64,000 nt of DNA, taken from the NCBI RefSeq assembly GCF_006345805.1, contig NC_043002.1, forward strand, positions 43,338,001 through 43,402,000. Reading direction: 5' to 3'. Both the position numbers and the translations under genes were made by a program. Source of the stretch: Octopus sinensis. Its lineage: Eukaryota. Within the stretch, counting starts at the first letter, position 1; every line of letters starts with the position of its first letter. The notes under the pieces were generated by a model that saw nothing but the letters and a program-made list of their open reading frames with translations, did not search any database and had not been told where the DNA came from. Positions 12,771 through 26,009 of the stretch are shown here, in pieces.

Positions 12771-12958
12771 TCAGTCCGAATATGCTTGAAGCAAGTTCGA
12801 ACCGGTGAACAAGCTACTCAATGCGTTTTGTCACGGAAAATATATCCTGCTCGGTGTGTACACACTATTTGTCAACAAACGGGATATATTTTTCGTGACC
12901 AAACGCAGTCAATAGCTTGTTCACCGGGTCAAACGTGCCTCAAACATGTTCGGACCGA
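12771..12958. mobile_element. Fold-back MITE with ~80-bp imperfect arms, flanked by TA
   Basis: TA|tcagtccgaatatgcttg...ccggtgaacaagcta... pairs with ...tagcttgttcaccgg...catgttcggaccga|TA. Confidence 0.8.
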
Positions 12959-14054
12959 TAATAACATTACAATTAATAAATACAGTCTGCATTTTTATGA
13001 GCAACTTATAGTTTCATGCAACGGAAAACAACTTAGAGATCATTTTATAACTCAACTGTGGCCTTCACGCAATACTGCCATATGGGCAGAGCCCGAGGAT
13101 TGCATGAAGGCACCTGACGTGGTATAAGGTGCTGTCTGAGTTGTTTTTTTTCGCATGAAACTATTAGTAGCTCCTAAAAATACATACTGTGTTTATTAAA
13201 TAACATTTATCTCTCATCAAATGGAGTACTTTTTCGTTGATCTTACCACCTTACCAGCAGTACACACTGAATACTCCCACAAACACATGTATATGTATTA
13301 CGTATGTATGTATGTATGTATGTATGTATGTATGTATGTATGTATGTATGTATGTATGTATGTATGTATCCGCTTAATATAGTATGTACCCTTACAGAGT
13401 GGGCTATAAGTAAATGGATATATAGAGACATATCCAAATGTATATAACCTTACTGTAAAATTAAACCCACAAGGAGCTTTTTTCGGTAGCTTGGGATACA
13501 AATAGAACTAGCTTCGTTCTTATTTACAGCTGTTATAAATAATGTATATTAATTTCGTCTCAGTACGCGCGCACCCACGTCTGAGTTATGACTTTGGACA
13601 ACATAAATCATTAAGATACAGAGGTGTTCCACAACGACTTGTTCGTCTAATTACACTCTAATACAGCATCTCTTATAGGGCTATAAATTATATAAATAAA
13701 ATAACATAAGTGGAAGAATAAAACATATATCAATATTTAAAAATTTTTTTGCCAGAGACTTTATGCTAGAGGTCACTTAACACCAACTTATTCCAAATAA
13801 TTTTAACAAGTTTTATTATGCTTCAAGCAATTATTTATTATTCTTGATTGTTATTTTTCTGTTTTAAATCTTGAACTATTGTAAAAATATCAAGAGTGTG
13901 GTTTATTTTTACCCACGCAAAGAGGATATTCCTCCATAATAATTATCATTAGCAATCTCTTAAAATATTGCTACAAAAAAGAAAAGATAAAATGCTCTCT
14001 TAGAAAGGCTTATAGCTTCTTAAACTGAAAATAAAGCTGTCCAAATTATACTAA

Positions 14055-14200
14055 GAAGTTTGTTTCTCGACCACATGGTTCTGAGTTCAGTCTTACTGCG
14101 TGGCACCTTGGGCAAGAGCCTTCTGGTAACGGCCGACCAAAGCCCTGTGAGTGGATTTGGTAGGCAAAGACTGAAAAAAGCCCGTCGCATGTATGGGGTC
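14055..14200 (+). mobile_element. SINE family B, 5' half
   Basis: ccacatggttctgagttcagtc..gtggcaccttgggcaag..gtggatttggtag matches the copies at 52065 and 47822. Confidence 0.75.
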
Positions 14201-14787
14201 GTGCTGAAACATTCTTGGCTTTGGGTAAAAGAAAATAAAGATGGATCAGTTAATTATGATTTTATACAATATATTCTCCTCTCATATTCATACACTTATT
14301 GCAGCGGTTTTTCTAAGCCCTGTTAAAGAAATCGGAAGGTTTGGCCGCCAACCAGGTCTTTCGCGACACCCTTAGAGTCAGAAACTTTTCAGCACCCACT
14401 CGTGTATATATGTATATGTGTGTATGTGTGCGTGTGTGTCTATGTGCCTGTGTGTGCGAGAGTGCGTGTGTGTGTGTGTATGTGTGTGTGTGTGTGTAGC
14501 GTTTGGCCCTCTGGCCGATAACTGATAAGGATTTGGTGACCTTCTGTGTCTATTTTGCGATTGTCTGTGCATTTATGTTTTTATACTTACACACACAGAC
14601 ACACGCACACACGCACGCACGCACGCACTCGCACACACACACACACACACAATCACTCACACACGTTTTAATTGCTAATAAGCCACCTGCATTATTTATG
14701 TAAATATATATGATGTCCTTACCCATTTATGCATGTATATATACATATATATGTAGGTATGTACATATATGTATGTATATATGCATA

Positions 14788-14831
<44 letters not shown>

Positions 14832-14985
14832 GGTATGTAGAAAAATACAACATGGACAAGAACGTATAACTCTTAGAAGACGATACAATAAACACGGACA
14901 GGACATTCGAAACCCTCAGTCTTCAGTCAAGAACCGGATCATCGTAGTAATTTCGGCTGATATATATATATATATATATATACAT

Positions 14986-15034
<49 letters not shown>

Positions 15035-15283
15035 GTGTGTGTGTGTGTGTGTGTGTGTGTGTGCATATAATGCAAGTGTATATAATTAAAACTTAAAGAC
15101 AGACAAATTTATCAACGTCACTAAAGTGACAACAGTACAAAGTGTTACCAGCATTGCTAGAAATAAGGGTCAAAACGACTCGAACAGCCACAAAAACACT
15201 ATCGTAATAAGTTGACGAAAGGGAGGAAGCGAGAAAGCCCCGTGCTGTGGTGTGACTAGCTCATTACTAAAGTAGTAGATATA

Positions 15284-15338
15284 CCAATTTCACGTGATTT
15301 CGAATTCTGATAAGAGACATCTCAATTCTCGTCAGTGG
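15284..15338 (-). ncRNA. Hammerhead-like motif with an intact core but a damaged cleavage triplet
   Basis: Minus strand: CCA-CUGACGA-GAAUU...AAUUC-GAAA-UCACGUGA (palindrome)-AAU-UGG. Confidence 0.45.
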
Positions 15339-16029
15339 AACTTACTGCGCCTTGGGTTAAAGATAACTCGCCTCGTCAACTCATGAGGAAAACTGTTGAA
15401 AAGCATGCGCTATTTCAAAACGGTAGACGTGTATACTATATATAATGCAGGTGGCTGATTAGCAAAACCTAAAGGCAACACGCACACACACACACGAATG
15501 TATATAAACGAATATATATATATATTTTTTTTATTTGCTAAAATAATCTGATAACAAGGTAAAAGTTTTATTTTTCAAAATTGCTCTTAAAATGTGGTTT
15601 TAGTCGTTTTGATTGCTTCTTCTGTCCCCATAACTTAACGCTTCGGCAACAGAGACCAGATCTAAAAATAAGTAAGGAGTCGATTTCTTCGCCTAAGTGA
15701 TTAAACCCTTTCAGTCGGTGTCCCAGCATGGTGGCAGTTAAAAAATTGAAGCATGTAAAATGTAAATGATAACATACACACAGACATACGCGCCCCCCCG
15801 CCCCCACTACCACGTGTATATATGTATATGTATGTATGTGTTCTGCTTTTGATTATTTAAATTCTGCCTCTGAGGTAGATGATTCCTAACAAAGATACAA
15901 GTTCCATCGTTGGACTGTGGATAACAAAAGCAATGTCACATTTTACACTTGAGAAACGCCTTGCATATTTTTACTGTTCCACTTATAGATTGTATTTTCA
16001 ATGTATGATGTAGTTGGTTGATTTATTTT

Positions 16030-17050
16030 ACTGTAAACCCTAGCTTATCTAGATTGTCACTGAGGCAAGTGTGCCAATTATTATTGGTATAAATGTGAAT
16101 TTATGATCTGGATATAGATGCTGCAGGCTTCGAAGCAGCTGTCCATAGCTATCCTCTTTCTCTTCTATTTTCAAAGAGATATTCACGTCAGCAGGACAGC
16201 TGACCTCTATGACGATACATACCTTTCTTGTTTGCGTCAAACAATAATATCCGGCCTGATATGCTTAAATTTGACAGATATTTTGATGGGAATATTCCAC
16301 CTATATTCCTTCTGTTGATGTTAGTTATATCTATTCAATAACAAGGGATTCTCTATATTTATTCAAGGACTATCTTTTTTTCCAAATGACATTATATTTT
16401 GTCATTGCGACAATGCCGTATCGCACAGTAAGTAGTACCTTGATGACATTCTTGGGCAACTGCTAATCATATGTGCGTATGTCTTCCACGGAAATATGAC
16501 ATTATCTACATTTTCTGTTGCATCTTTTGCTTAGTAGGCATTTCGTAGCAATCTCCTGTTCTTGGATTGAAAATACATAACCTTCAAAGTGTGATGTGAT
16601 ATAGCGGTCACGAATCCAAGAGCGGCTTCGCTTCATGTCTAGTTTTTGGAAGGCATATCCTTGTACAATCTCTTTTTTGGTATGTTGAGCATTTCACATT
16701 CAAACCTTCCTTGAGATATGTTTGTCCGGCTGTTTGGGAGTCGTATGGCAGGTCTTCAGGAAGAGAGTGCTTACTGAGGAGCTCGCTGCCATCATGTAGG
16801 ATATTCTTCTCTTCACTTTTCAGCACTAAATTCATGTATTTATTTTTGCAGTTGTTGCTTAACAAGGGTTGTGGGAGAGAGATGATACAATACCCAAAGG
16901 TTGTCTGCGCTGATCTCAAGCTTCTATCTTCGTTATTGCTTCTTAGGTAGAGCCTGTTGATATCATTATTTCTGTGTAGGTTTCCAGTTGATGTTAGTAT
17001 CTTGCGGGTTTTTGTTTGTATGTAGGTATAGTAAGACAATAAAACCAAAA
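16030..17050 (-). mobile_element. Decayed R4/Dong-clade LINE, 3' part (restriction-like endonuclease)
   Basis: ILTSTGNLH..DINRLYL, IQEQEI, zinc knuckle, CIVIEVSCPADVNI..EKEDSY, IPIIIGTL. Confidence 0.82.
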
Positions 17051-17184
17051 TAGAGACAAATATTGGTACTCCTTGTTAATTTTTAACTGTAGTAGGTAAT
17101 AAATTTGGAGGACTTGAAGTGTAATTAACCTTAGTATTTGACTAGTACAATGTGGGAATCTCCCAATAAAAATTAACTCACCTC

Positions 17185-17259
<75 letters not shown>

Positions 17260-17507
17260 AAGGGGGAGAAAGGGGGAGAATGAGGGAGGGAAACAGAGAA
17301 AAAAAGGAGAAGCAGTTATAGTCATATAAAACGAAACGGTAAGAAATATAGAGCCATTTGCGATGTGAAGAGTTCTTTGATAGTGCTATAAGGAGAAGAG
17401 TGTGCATGCTATGAATGGTGAGGACATCCCCGTTGTTTGTTTAAGTCCATGCCGTGAGTAATGGTAAATTACTTATTTACGTCATTAGTAGTGATCGTAA
17501 ACCGGTA

Positions 17508-17737
17508 GGCTGCGAGCTGGCAGAAACGTTAGCACGCCGGGCGAAATGCGTAGCCGTATTTCGTCTGTCGTTACGTTGTGAGTTCAAATTCCGCCGAGGT
17601 CGACTTTGCCTTTCATCCTTTCGGGATCGATAAATTAAGTACCAGTTACGCACTGGGGTCGATGTAATCGACTTAATACATATGTCTGTCCTTGTTTGTC
17701 TCCTCTATGTTTAGCCCCTTGTGAGTAATAAAGAAAT
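17508..17737 (+). mobile_element. SINE family A, full length
   Basis: GAGCTGGCAGAAACGTTAG A-box, GAGTTCAAATTCC B-box, Nin-like core CTTTCATCCTTTCGGG.TCGATAAA.TAAGTACC. Confidence 0.9.
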
Positions 17738-18519
17738 AGGTATGTTGTGTGGTCGAATCGAAAGTGCAGTTACTTGTAGCACGCTCACGAACACACACAC
17801 ACATACACTCGCATCACATACATTCGCACACGTAGACGTATGCGAACACACACATTTATAATTAAATAAAATGCGTTTAATCAGTTTTGTTAAATTAGCT
17901 ATGTTAGCTTTTATGTTTCATTAATAGATAACAAAGTAGATAAAATTCATGACATGACAGTAATACCATTTAAACCATCTCCCATAAATTATCTCATGAA
18001 ATATTATCAATGATGAGTATTAGTTACTTTATATATTACTTCACGGTATTCCTTTCCTTACGCAGTTGTTTAGTCCTAATTGAGAAAATTAAAAGTTCTC
18101 CCGTATTAAACAGGCGTAGATAATCCCCATCTATATCGTTCCAATGTGTCCTCCCTTTTATTTTATCTTAAGACGATAGTGTGTGACTGGGAGAAGGGTT
18201 GACTGCTATTTCTTGCAAGTCTAGCGACTGCACAGAAGCTTTATCGTGGGCTATCGTTCCTTATGCTAACTTCCTAAACGAAATTTAATTGCAATATAAA
18301 TTGTGAATGGATACTAAATAAATTTTACCTTGAAACTTTTGAAAAATAAGAATGAGAGGTAAGTTATCGACTAATGTCCCAAATCTGTCTAATTCTTTGC
18401 CATACTATTGAGAGTAAATTTACATGTAGTGAATCCATAGAAAGTGCACTCATGTTGTTCATTTTTCCTACCATTTTCATTGTCTGAACGTAACATTCAT
18501 AAACTATTTTTTTTCGCCC

Positions 18520-18745
18520 TTTTCAAGCCTAGCCAGGCTCATGGGCCCGGTTTCCCGGTTTCTGTGGTGTATGTGTTCCCCCAGCTGGACGGGACGCCAG
18601 TCCATCGCAGCGTTACTCAAGAAACAGGAAGAGAGAGTGAGAGAAAGTTGTGGCGAAAGAGTACAACAGGGGACACCACCACCCCCTGCCGGAGCCTCAT
18701 GGAACTTTTAGGCGTTTTCGCTCAATAAACACACACGACGTCCGT
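18520..18745 (-). mobile_element. SINE family C variant (shared 5' body, different 3' module)
   Basis: Reverse complement shares gtttattgagcgaaaac...ctttctctcactc with 47351, then diverges into gcgatggactggcgtcccgtccag...agaaaccggg. Confidence 0.75.
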
Positions 18746-18904
18746 AACTTTGCAGTTTAGCAAAACAAAAAAAAGGAGAAAAATCGATTGAATAAGTACT
18801 AGGCTTTAAAAAATAAGTTCTGGGGTCGATTTGTTCGATTAAAATCCTTCAAACCGGTCCCCCATTATGGCCACAGTCAAATGACTGAAACAAGAAAAAG
18901 ACAG

Positions 18905-20105
18905 GATAGTCTCCTTGCTTTCCGATGCACTTCTTCCAATGGTTCAGAGGCTTGATTGTTCCATCGGAGAAGAAGGCTTTTCGGCTGGTCACGCAACCAT
19001 TTATGCACCGCTTCTTGTGCTCTTCGTCCGTACCAAATAGACAACCTCGTAAAGGATGTTTGAGCGGTCCAAAGAGGTGACAGTCGGAAAGGGCGAGATC
19101 TGGACAATATGCAGGGTGTTCCAGCAACTCCAAACCCAGTTTTTAAATAGGCTCAGTGATAAGGGCGGCGGCATATGACCGTGCACTGTCGTGCAACAAT
19201 AACTCTTGCTTCGCCAATAGACCTTGGCGTTTGGTGCGAATGGCTTGTTTCAGTTTGTTATCCAGCATCTCATTGTAGCCTACATTGGTGACCGTACAAC
19301 CTTTTTCCAGTAGAACCTTTTTACTTTCCAAAAGAACAGTTCGCATCACTTTTTATGCGGAAGATTGAATGTTAAAATTCTTTTTCGCTGGCGATACTGA
19401 GTGTTTCCCCTCCATACTCGGCATTTGGGATTCTGGCTCAAAGTGGTGGATCTAGGTTTCTTTTCCTGTGACTATTCTCTCCAAAAAGGCTTTGCTTTCA
19501 TTGTAGCGGTCGAGTAAGCATTGACAGATCTCCACATGATGCACTTATGGTCTTCGGTAAGCTCTCGCGACAGCAGTCAGGCACAGAGTTTACGGAAGCG
19601 AAGTTTGTCGGGGGTAATTTCGCATGCAGAACCATGTCTAATTTACAGAGGACATGCCACCTCATTGATGATCACTCATCGGTTTGCCAAAACCATCTCT
19701 CGAGCATGTTGATTTTCACGTCAGTGGAGGAGTTTGATTGACATCCTGCTCTCTTCATGCTCGTCCGGCCATTTCTAAACTTCTCAATCCATTCATACAT
19801 ACTTCTACGCAGTAGAATGCTATCTCTGCATTTTATTGAAAGCCTGTGATGATTTTCAACCCCTTACACACAATCGGACCAGATCATCGTATCACTGATC
19901 TCTGTTCTTCCTTGGTGCACACTTCCAAGGGTGCGGCCGGCCATGTTGACTCTGTAACACAAGAAAGAAAACTGGAACAGCCAAGGTCAAACATCAGTTA
20001 CGTAACCACAGCAGTACTACACAACAGCACGGAAGCGCTTGAAGTAGTGCAGCCAACTTAAAGTTTTGGCGAAAGTGCGAATAATTTTTTTACTACACCG
20101 CATAT
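18905..20105 (-). mobile_element. Decayed mariner (irritans-like) transposon
   Basis: LLHDSAR, LEHPAYCPDLALSDCHLFGPLK, WKKCIGKQGDY; the upstream sequence resembles the HTH region. Confidence 0.82.
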
Positions 20106-20922
20106 GTATGCGTGTATGTGTGTGTGTTTGTGTGTATACATATATATACACACACATATGTGTGTTTATGTATGTATCTATGTGGTTGGGGTGTTTTTAT
20201 CTACATGTGTTCTGTATTTATTCCCCACGCCGCTTCACAATCGCCATTGGTTTGTGTACGCCTTCGACCAGTAGAATAAGTACTAGATTTTAAAATGTAA
20301 GTGCTGGGATCGATCTGTTCGGCCAAAACCCTTGACTAGAACAATGACTGAAACAAGTTAATAAAAAAAAACAAAGATATGAAGTAATCATTCATTTCTT
20401 TACCTGGTGGTAGCCCCCTCGGGATTCAGCCAATCTTAACGCATATCGCTACACAAGACAAAATATGTGATATAAACTGTTAATGTATTTTTTTAAAAAA
20501 TTATTTTGAATAGCTGTTTTTCAATTCTTAGATTGAAAAATAATAATTTTTAAAAATAAATTTTAAAACATATTTTTGAGCTAGATTCTATGTAAGTTTT
20601 ATTAAATAAATTTTGAAATATATTGTTGACAAAAAGAAAAAAATAATAGTAATGATCTAATTCAAATAATTCAAATCTGATGTCGCATGTCCGCATAGGA
20701 GTGGATTCTTTTTATCGAAATATGTGACGCAAATGTAATTATTTGCATTATTCAAAAATGTATTTTGTGTTAATCTACAAGTTTCCCGTTTAATTCTAAA
20801 AATATTTTGCATCATTTTGAAATGTCGACTCTATTATTTGAAATGTTTTCAGTCTTGCTGTCTGCCAACGTAATTTAGCATTTAGAAATTGATCAGTTGC
20901 TATTCAATGTCGTTATATTAAT

Positions 20923-20957
<35 letters not shown>

Positions 20958-21094
20958 CTACCAGGTCATTTTAAATGAATGAAGATTAGCAAAATAATAG
21001 AAAATATATTTCAGCCACTAAAAAGTTGAACATGCCAATACAATAGTACGTTCCTATCTACATTCTGCGTTCCACTAAAAGAAGTTGATCAAAG

Positions 21095-21126
<32 letters not shown>

Positions 21127-21519
21127 ACAAGAGAAAAAAGAAAAACAACATAAGAGATGATAAAATAATTATTGTGGTGGTGGCAGTCATAATGACATTT
21201 ATTTGTTGTTTGTAAGGTCTGTTGGTTGTTTGATGGTTGTAGTCATGTCAGTGAAAGAGGTAGCGATGACATAGCTCGATGAGAATTACTTGCTTTAAGG
21301 GGTATGGTATTGTTTTTTTCAGTTCAGTCCACAAAAATAAATACATTGTTCGAAATCAGCTCCGTTCAGCCTACAAAAACTACTATCACCGTCACCTCCA
21401 TTAAATAACATCCTATCAACATCCCCAAAAGAAATTATCAGCATTCTCAGTTTATGTATGTATGTATGTATGTATGTATGTATGTAGGTATGTAGGTATG
21501 TATGTATGTATGTCATGTC

Positions 21520-21812
21520 AGGTCACTTTCGAGTGCTACTGGTAACATGTAACCCAGTACAACCTGTTGCATGGTCGGGTCGTCGGCGACTAAACCGGCA
21601 ACCCCACCAAGCTTGCTTGGTGAGGAGGGTGTTTACTGGACACCCTGCGGGATGAAAAACAAAGCCTGTCAAAGGGCGGATGAACTCTTGAGAGTCAACG
21701 CCCATCCAATAAATGTCTTAAGGCTGTATCATGCGCGGGAACATAGAACTAATCGGACTAAATACCCGATCGCGCGATCTGCGGCTCAGTGGTTACCGAT
21801 GATGATGACTTG
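21520..21812 (+). mobile_element. Short RTE-related non-autonomous element ending in (GAT)n
   Basis: Internal hairpins caccaagc-tt-gcttggtg and gggtgt..acaccc; a diverged second copy lies at 23990-24170 on the minus strand. Confidence 0.55.
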
Positions 21813-21970
21813 TTCTTCTTTTCGAATTATGGCTGCTGTTGCTTAGTGAGATTGACTCAGTGCACAGCCTTTCCTCACTTTAAAAAATCTTCTTGCACAG
21901 GCATTGCACGATAACAACATTGATTAAGCTTCGTGCAATGGCCATACTCGATAATGAGGGGGCAGCCACA

Positions 21971-22003
<33 letters not shown>

Positions 22004-22914
22004 TGTATGTATGTGTGTATGAATGGGTGTATAGATGGATGGAGGGATGAATAAATTGATGTACATATGTGTGCCTATGTATATGTGTGTGCTTATGTAT
22101 ATTTGATAATAAGTTTATATCGATTCACCAGCATTTCCCTTTTCTTCTATTTTCTCTTATCTTTCACGTTGTAGTCTCCCTTTAAGCAATATGGTGGATA
22201 CTTGAGCTTGAAACGCAAAGTTGTTATTACTTTAGCTGCGAGCGTTACGCCTTCTAGTTACTTAGAGAAAAAAAACGAGAAAAGAACAGCATTCAGTGAT
22301 AATTTTTTTTTTGTTGTCTTTATTTTGTGGTAGGAATATATATCAGATGCTGAAATCCGTTGAAAGTTTTCATCAGCATGTAGCACCGAACTGCCTACGA
22401 ATTGATTAATAAAATATTGAAACGTAATCACACAACTGCCATGCATCAAGTAGAATCAGGACGCCTGATGACTTCCTGTGTTGATAACAACATTAACCAA
22501 GTTCGTGATATGGATCTAATGCATTTTTTGTCATCCATTATCATTGGTTCTTTTTGTTGGTCAAATGTGGTATCTAAATATGTTTGTGCATTGCTCATCT
22601 TTCTTTGCTGCGAACATTGTATAGTTGTAGTTTGTAGTTGTAATGATTTTGTCCTTCATCTGTGGGACATATATTCTTAAATGTGATATTTAATCGAATT
22701 TAATGTTCCATGGTGTTGGTAGTATAGGAGGGATGGAATTAGTAAATAAAACATTTAATCTATTGTTCTGAAGCCTTTTTCCCCAGAGAATTTATTTAGG
22801 GTTGGAGTTAGTCTATGGCTGTCTAGGCAATATTTTTAATGGCGTTAACAAACGAGGAAAAACAACACTCATACCCATTTAAGAGCTTCTGTGTGGAACG
22901 AGAGGAAATTTATA

Positions 22915-23290
22915 TACACGTGTGGCTGTGTGGTAAGAAGCTTGCTTCCCAGTCACATGGCACCTAGTTCAGACCCACAGTGTCTTCTACTATACCCTCG
23001 ACCTGACCAAAGTCTTGTGAGTAGATCTGGTAGACGGAAACTGAAAGAAGTCCGTCGTATATTTGTATATGTATATATCTATGTGTTTTTTTTTGTGCCT
23101 GTGTTTGTCCCCCTATCACCGCTTGACAACCGGTGTTGGTGTGTTTACGTCCCGTAACTTAACGATTTGGTAAAAGAAACTGATAGAATGAGTGCCATGT
23201 TTTAAAAAGTCCTGGTGTCGATTTGTTCGACTAAAAACCTTCGAGATTGTGTCTCAGTATGGCCGCAGTCAAGTAAATAAAACGAGTAAA
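22915..23290 (+). mobile_element. SINE family B
   Basis: tggctgtgtggtaagaagcttgcttccc head, internal TA/TG tract, cagcatggccgcagtc-type tail. Confidence 0.82.
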
Positions 23291-23989
23291 AGATAAAAAA
23301 AAATACCCTATAGCTGTTAGAAAAAGTACAACAAAAACAAATAATTGTTCATCAAATTATTGTAATTTATTTGTTTTTGACACTTTAGAATCTGAATTTT
23401 CCGTGGGCATCATTATTGTCACCGGATAAAATGTATAAATAGAGGTAATTACGGTACTAATGATATAATTGTTCTGAAAGAAAAATGATAATTAGAAAAT
23501 GTAAACCACTCGTTCAATTTCGACTCGGTTTCATAACATAACCCTTTTTCTTTATTGTTGCAGATTAGATCTTCATATTGTTGTCAGTGTTTTTACACAC
23601 TGGTTGTGCATACCAAGATCAAATCGCATCGATGTTGATCTTTCACTATCTTTTGAATCTGGTACAGTAGATACTATTGGACAACATCCTCTCTTCGTAA
23701 TTTTTATTTCCAAGTCAGAAGTTAATATGAATACGCGCGCGCGCGTCTTCGTGTATATGTGTATATGGGTGCGTGCGTGTGTGTGAGAGAGAGAGAACTT
23801 GTGTGTTTGTGTGTGACAATTTTGATCAGGAGTCAACTAGTGCAAGATTGATTTGAGGCTAAACACCAGGCACAATGCTTTAACTCTTAAATTGTTGTCC
23901 AACTAGCTAGAAATAGCAACCAAATTTCCTCTTAATCCCACACGTTTTAACTATGAAACTATGCTGGACAACGTAGATCTAGTGACGTC

Positions 23990-24170
23990 ATCTTTTGTCT
24001 TGCACTTATCTTGAATAACTAGAGTTCATTCAATCCCAGATGTTGGATAGCCGTTGACTCTACTGAGTCAGTTCACCCTTCGTCAAGTTTCGTTTTTCAT
24101 CCTGCAGGGTATCCAACGAAAACCACCCTTTTCATCTAGCAGACTTGACGCCACTGACAGACCTAAAAAG
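23990..24170 (-). mobile_element. Diverged copy of the element at 21520
   Basis: Reverse complement ggataccctgcaggatgaaaaac...gagtcaacggctatccaa matches ggacaccctgcgggatgaaaaac...gagtcaacgcccatccaa. Confidence 0.65.
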
Positions 24171-24879
24171 CAACATATATACATGAATGCATGCATACAT
24201 ACAAATATACATACATACACGTGCATGTGTGTGTGTTTGTGTGTATGTGTGTGCATGTGTGTGTGCGTATTTGCGCTTATAGAAACTAACGAGGAAGACC
24301 TCTATGTGACGCTAGACAGGTTAGAAATGGCAACCATTTCTCCCTCGAAATACAGCTTTCTGCATCTTTGACTCAATTTCACTTTGATTCAATACTCGAA
24401 CATCGCCGGCTAGCTTTGCTAGTGTCTGGTGTGGTCGGGGATTGACATTGCATAATATAAATTATGATTAACGGTATATGAAATAATATTTAGTATTTCA
24501 AATAATTTTCTTATAGCTAATTAATAAGTGGGGAAGGATAGCGCCTAATGCTCATTAAACTCAGTTACTCTGGAGGAATTGTAAACTGATTTTAATTTAC
24601 ATAATTATTGCTTTTCACAATATTTCTTACTAGAAAACTAGAAATTAATTGATGGAATGAAAAAAATCCATTAGGAGTTGGCTGTCGAGAGATAGATTTA
24701 ATTGAAATGTTATGGCCTTTCCAAGTTAAAATGAGCAGAGACTGTTGTTGATGCAATAAAAAAGACATAAAGAAAGCATGCAGTACATCAATATTGAACA
24801 AAGATTCTATAATTTTAAGTGTTACATTAAAAAAAAAAACAATTAGTGTATATCTAACAGGTTTGTGCGAAGTACAAAA

Positions 24880-25665
24880 TGTAAGGCACTCCGACACTCT
24901 CTACATTTTTCTGAAACACAAAAACCTAACACTAATTCCGCTGGATTATTCCCCATATTCTCTATAATTAGATGCCTCGGATCCAACCTTGATACAACTT
25001 ATCACACTTTACAAACACAAATCTCCAATGGAATCAGATGGGTAACACTTTTCTATAGATAATTTCTGTTAATTTAGCTCGTGCATGTAGTCTCATCTCT
25101 TTCTTGTGGTCACATTTCTCACCTGGATATCACCATTAAAGATTTCCAGTTATCACTCTCCGCCACTCCTCTACATCCAATTCCTCTCTTGTTCTCCAAA
25201 CTCTTTTGACTACCAACTTCCTTTCGTCCATGTTTCTTCTTGCGCCCAAGACATGTCATTCGTCTCACTCTTCCCTTCTTGGTTCTTATTCTTATCCCAC
25301 ACTAATGCAACAGTGCAGAAATCGAAACTTTGTTAATCATCAAGTCTCTTCATCAACATGTCATATCCCCTATTCGTATCCCTGACCAACATACAATTAC
25401 TCCAAACACACTCGATCAGAATTTCTGCACCGTTCGTGTTGCCTTGTAACTACTATACTCTTCTATACACATCCACATACACGCCACTTTGGAATCTACA
25501 TTTTCTTAAACACAAAAACCTAACATTAATTCCGCCACAAAACTAGAGCTACACACCACACAACGCCACTGGTGTCATTGTGTAGTGTGTAGCTCTAGTT
25601 TTGCGGAGCCGTACAGATGGTCATTGAAGAAGAACAGAGGTTCAAAGAATTGAAGAAGTTGACTG
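24880..25665 (+). mobile_element. Old Penelope-like element fragment with a direct terminal repeat
   Basis: FLDITI-like RT thumb remnant near 25115; ~40-bp direct repeat at about 24902 and 25497; degenerate hammerhead-like motif at 25620-25663. Confidence 0.5.
25538..25603. other. 66-nt hairpin with a 26-bp stem and a 14-nt loop
   Basis: caaaactagagctacacaccacacaa pairs with ttgtgtagtgtgtagctctagttttg; the single mismatch is a G:U pair on the minus strand. Confidence 0.85.
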
Positions 25666-25948
25666 TGTTGTGTAGTATAAGGATGTGTGTGAATGTATGC
25701 GCGTGTGTGTTGCTGTGAGGGGGAGGAGAAGTCTGCTGATGATTTGGTGGGTAATTATAGACAAGATAGCGTTAATGGAGATCAGGTCATTAGGTGTCTC
25801 CCCTCAGACTGTACTCACAACCAAAACTCATATCTTCAAATTCAAGTGGTTCCTCATAACTACGATTCAGAACAAGGCCAGCGACCCAAACGATTTCCAC
25901 CTCTAATAATGCAGCCTGAGCTATCCCCTATCGTACCAACCTTTGCAT

Positions 25949-25989
<41 letters not shown>

Positions 25990-26009
<20 letters not shown>

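Noticed and set aside
14830-14960. Short TA-flanked element with CUGAAGA...GAA on the minus strand
   Set aside because: Helices I and II could not be formed consistently and GAAA is broken; not counted as a hammerhead, though the family consensus is worth checking.
22402-22680. 92-aa ORF in unique sequence
   Set aside because: No recognisable motif and no supporting splice structure.
23561-23720. Strong plus-strand acceptor at 23563 and a minus-strand peptide ending CVKTLTTI*
   Set aside because: No convincing donor or homology; the strand cannot be decided.
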